Shown piece after piece: positions 33,636 to 35,907 of a DNA stretch of 35,907 bases (positions are counted from its first letter, which is position 1; the number at the start of each line of letters is the position of its first letter). Under the pieces are notes generated by a model, which saw nothing but the letters and a program-made list of their open reading frames with translations, ran no database searches and was not told where the DNA came from. A program made the translations under genes and the position numbers. This stretch comes from Candidatus Saccharimonadales bacterium (GTDB lineage Bacteria; Patescibacteriota; Patescibacteriia; Patescibacteriales; UBA12465), in assembly GCA_035646675.1 (NCBI GenBank), contig DASROX010000025.1, forward strand, positions 1 through 35,907. The letters are read 5' to 3'.

Positions 33636-33983
33636 TTACTGCTTTATTTTATTTATAATGGCGATAAACGCCTCTTTGTTGTTTACGGCTAAATCAGCAA
33701 AAATCTTCCGATCAACATCAATGTTGTTCTTTTTTAAAGCATCGATAAAACGAGAGTAGGAAAAACCATGTTCTCTAACAAAAGCACCAATTTTTATTTG
33801 CCACAAAGCTCTCATAGTTCTTTTCTTTTTGCGGCGATCAACAAAAGCATGAGCTCCCGCCTTAGTTCTGGCAGTTTTAGCTAATCTAATTAAATTCTTT
33901 CGGCCCCATTTATAACCTTTAACGGCCTTTAACAATTTTGTTCTTTTTTTGACATGGTTAACGCCACGTTTTACTCTAGGCAT
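33636..33983 (-). CDS. rplT: 50S ribosomal protein L20
   Basis: MPRVKRGVNHVKKRTKLLKAVKGYKWGR...ALWQIKIGA. Confidence 0.95.
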   Translation of the reverse strand: MPRVKRGVNHVKKRTKLLKAVKGYKWGRKNLIRLAKTARTKAGAHAFVDRRKKKRTMRALWQIKIGAFVREHGFSYSRFIDALKKNNIDVDRKIFADLAVNNKEAFIAIINKIKQ

Positions 33984-34004
33984 ATTATCTAGTAGAAATT
34001 AGGA

Positions 34005-34202
34005 TTAATTATAAGGGGTAAGGGCTTTAATGGTTCTCGTTAAAGTCTTGGTAGTAGAAATATCAAGTCTTTTTTGTCTACCGGTATTACCAGTTTCTCG
34101 AGAATTAAAATGATCTTGACCAGCCTTTCTTTGTATTAACTTATCATTTCCAGTTTTTTTGAAACGTTTAACAGTTGCCTTATGCGTTTTTATTTTTGGC
34201 AT
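34005..34202 (-). CDS. rpmI: 50S ribosomal protein L35
   Basis: MPKIKTHKATVKRFKKTGNDKL...; 65 aa, basic. Confidence 0.9.
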   Translation of the reverse strand: MPKIKTHKATVKRFKKTGNDKLIQRKAGQDHFNSRETGNTGRQKRLDISTTKTLTRTIKALTPYN

Positions 34203-34249
34203 ATATTCCAGATTAAAAAAACAGGTAATTACCTGAATTTAGGATTTTT

Positions 34250-34804
34250 TTACTTTTTATTGATTAGTATCATAGTAAATCTTCCACCTTGATTTGTCAA
34301 GGGTTGTTCAACTTCGGCTTTTAATTCAGTATTGGCTTGGAGTCTGGCCAAAAAACCATTAATTATTTCGGCCGCTTTTCGAGGATACTGTCTCTCGCGA
34401 CCCTTTAGTATTAATTCTACTTTGATTTTGTTTTCTTTGGCCAAAAACTTTTCGGCCTGTTCTTTGCGCATATTTAAATCGTGCTCACTAATTCGAAAAG
34501 ACAATCTAATATTTTTAGTCTCTACTTTCTTCTGTTGCATTTTTTGCTTATGGGCCATTTTCTCCTTTTCATACTTAAGCTGATTCAAGTTAACAATCTT
34601 AACTACCGGCGGATTAGCCTTAGGATTAACCTCTACTAAATCCAACTCGGCATCTTGAGCGAGCTTCAAAGCCTCCTCAATCGTAATTTTACCAATTGCC
34701 TCATCAGTTTCATCAATTAAAAAAACCTCCGGAACTTTAATTTGTAAATTAGACCTGAAAGTCGGTTCTTCTTTTCGTTCAACCCGATGGAATTTAATAC
34801 GCAT
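34250..34804 (-). CDS. infC: Translation initiation factor IF-3
   Basis: IKVPEVFLIDETDEAIG, ALKLAQDAELDLVEV, and C-domain KNIRLSFRISEHDLNMR. Conserved infC-rpmI-rplT order. An ATG start is available, so no AUU need be invoked. Confidence 0.9.
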   Translation of the reverse strand: MRIKFHRVERKEEPTFRSNLQIKVPEVFLIDETDEAIGKITIEEALKLAQDAELDLVEVNPKANPPVVKIVNLNQLKYEKEKMAHKQKMQQKKVETKNIRLSFRISEHDLNMRKEQAEKFLAKENKIKVELILKGRERQYPRKAAEIINGFLARLQANTELKAEVEQPLTNQGGRFTMILINKK

Positions 34805-34888
34805 GTTTATTTTTTACTGTTTATTATAATTACTTTATATCTTAAAACTAGCTAAAAGTCAAATAAAATAAAGGCTTAAAATCACCTC

Positions 34889-34917
34889 TTGACAGACGTT
34901 TTTTATTAGTATAAAAT
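34889..34917 (+). promoter_or_regulatory. Candidate rRNA operon promoter
   Basis: TTGACA (34889-34894), 17-nt spacer, TAAAAT (34912-34917). About 235 nt of hairpin-rich leader precedes the 16S. Confidence 0.55.
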
Positions 34918-35151
34918 GGGGTTATTAAAAATAAAACAGAATATAGAGAATACAAAACAAGATAAATTTTATTATCTCTGTTTTTTTCTGTCTATCTCGG
35001 ACCTTAAAAAATCAATAGTACGAAACAATCATGGTGATGGTTAATTTTGATGCTAATTGGCATCGATTCGGATAACAAAAATTTTGTCCGTTTTAAAAAC
35101 GGAATCTTATATAGAAGATTCGTAAGAATCTTCAAAATTAGAGTCAATCAA

Positions 35152-35907
<756 letters not shown>

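Noticed and set aside
34250-34804. Non-canonical AUU start for infC autoregulation
   Set aside because: An in-frame ATG at 34804 gives an N-terminus of normal length, so nothing in the sequence requires an AUU start.

Overview
AT-rich chromosomal segment, most consistent with a Candidate Phyla Radiation (Patescibacteria, Parcubacteria-like) bacterium. Support: the partial 16S rRNA at the 3' end deviates at two universal primer sites, genes are small and tightly packed, Shine-Dalgarno sequences are almost absent, and T4SS-pilin-like genes are present. Housekeeping content: a partial NMP kinase, smc, comM/yifB, a sugar-type solute-binding lipoprotein, a RodZ-like protein, a SAM methyltransferase, yraN, ppsA, lgt, an MFS transporter, trxB, bactofilin, RNase J, an OppA-like binding protein, secG, the infC-rpmI-rplT operon, four tRNAs (Leu-UAG, Gly-UCC, Ala-GGC, Arg-CCU) and the 5' ~750 nt of 16S rRNA. 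Accessory or unusual content: (1) a six-gene tandem array (11549-14090) of secreted two-helix pilin-like paralogs with a conserved G-x-x-W-M-x3-G-N-E core, a seventh divergent copy at 6602-7060, and no secretion ATPase or channel genes in the window; (2) an SMC protein with no recognisable hinge domain and length-matched duplications in both coiled-coil arms; (3) a GC-rich ~175 nt structured-RNA candidate next to tRNA-Ala that carries a perfect 29-nt copy of the tRNA-Ala 3' end plus trailer; (4) an envelope glycosylation cluster (two GT28/MGDG-synthase-like GTs, a GH-A hydrolase, an EamA transporter) fused to a tRNA-Gly transcription unit; (5) several orphan promoters, hairpins and repeats. 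All function calls come from motif recognition by eye; no database search was run.
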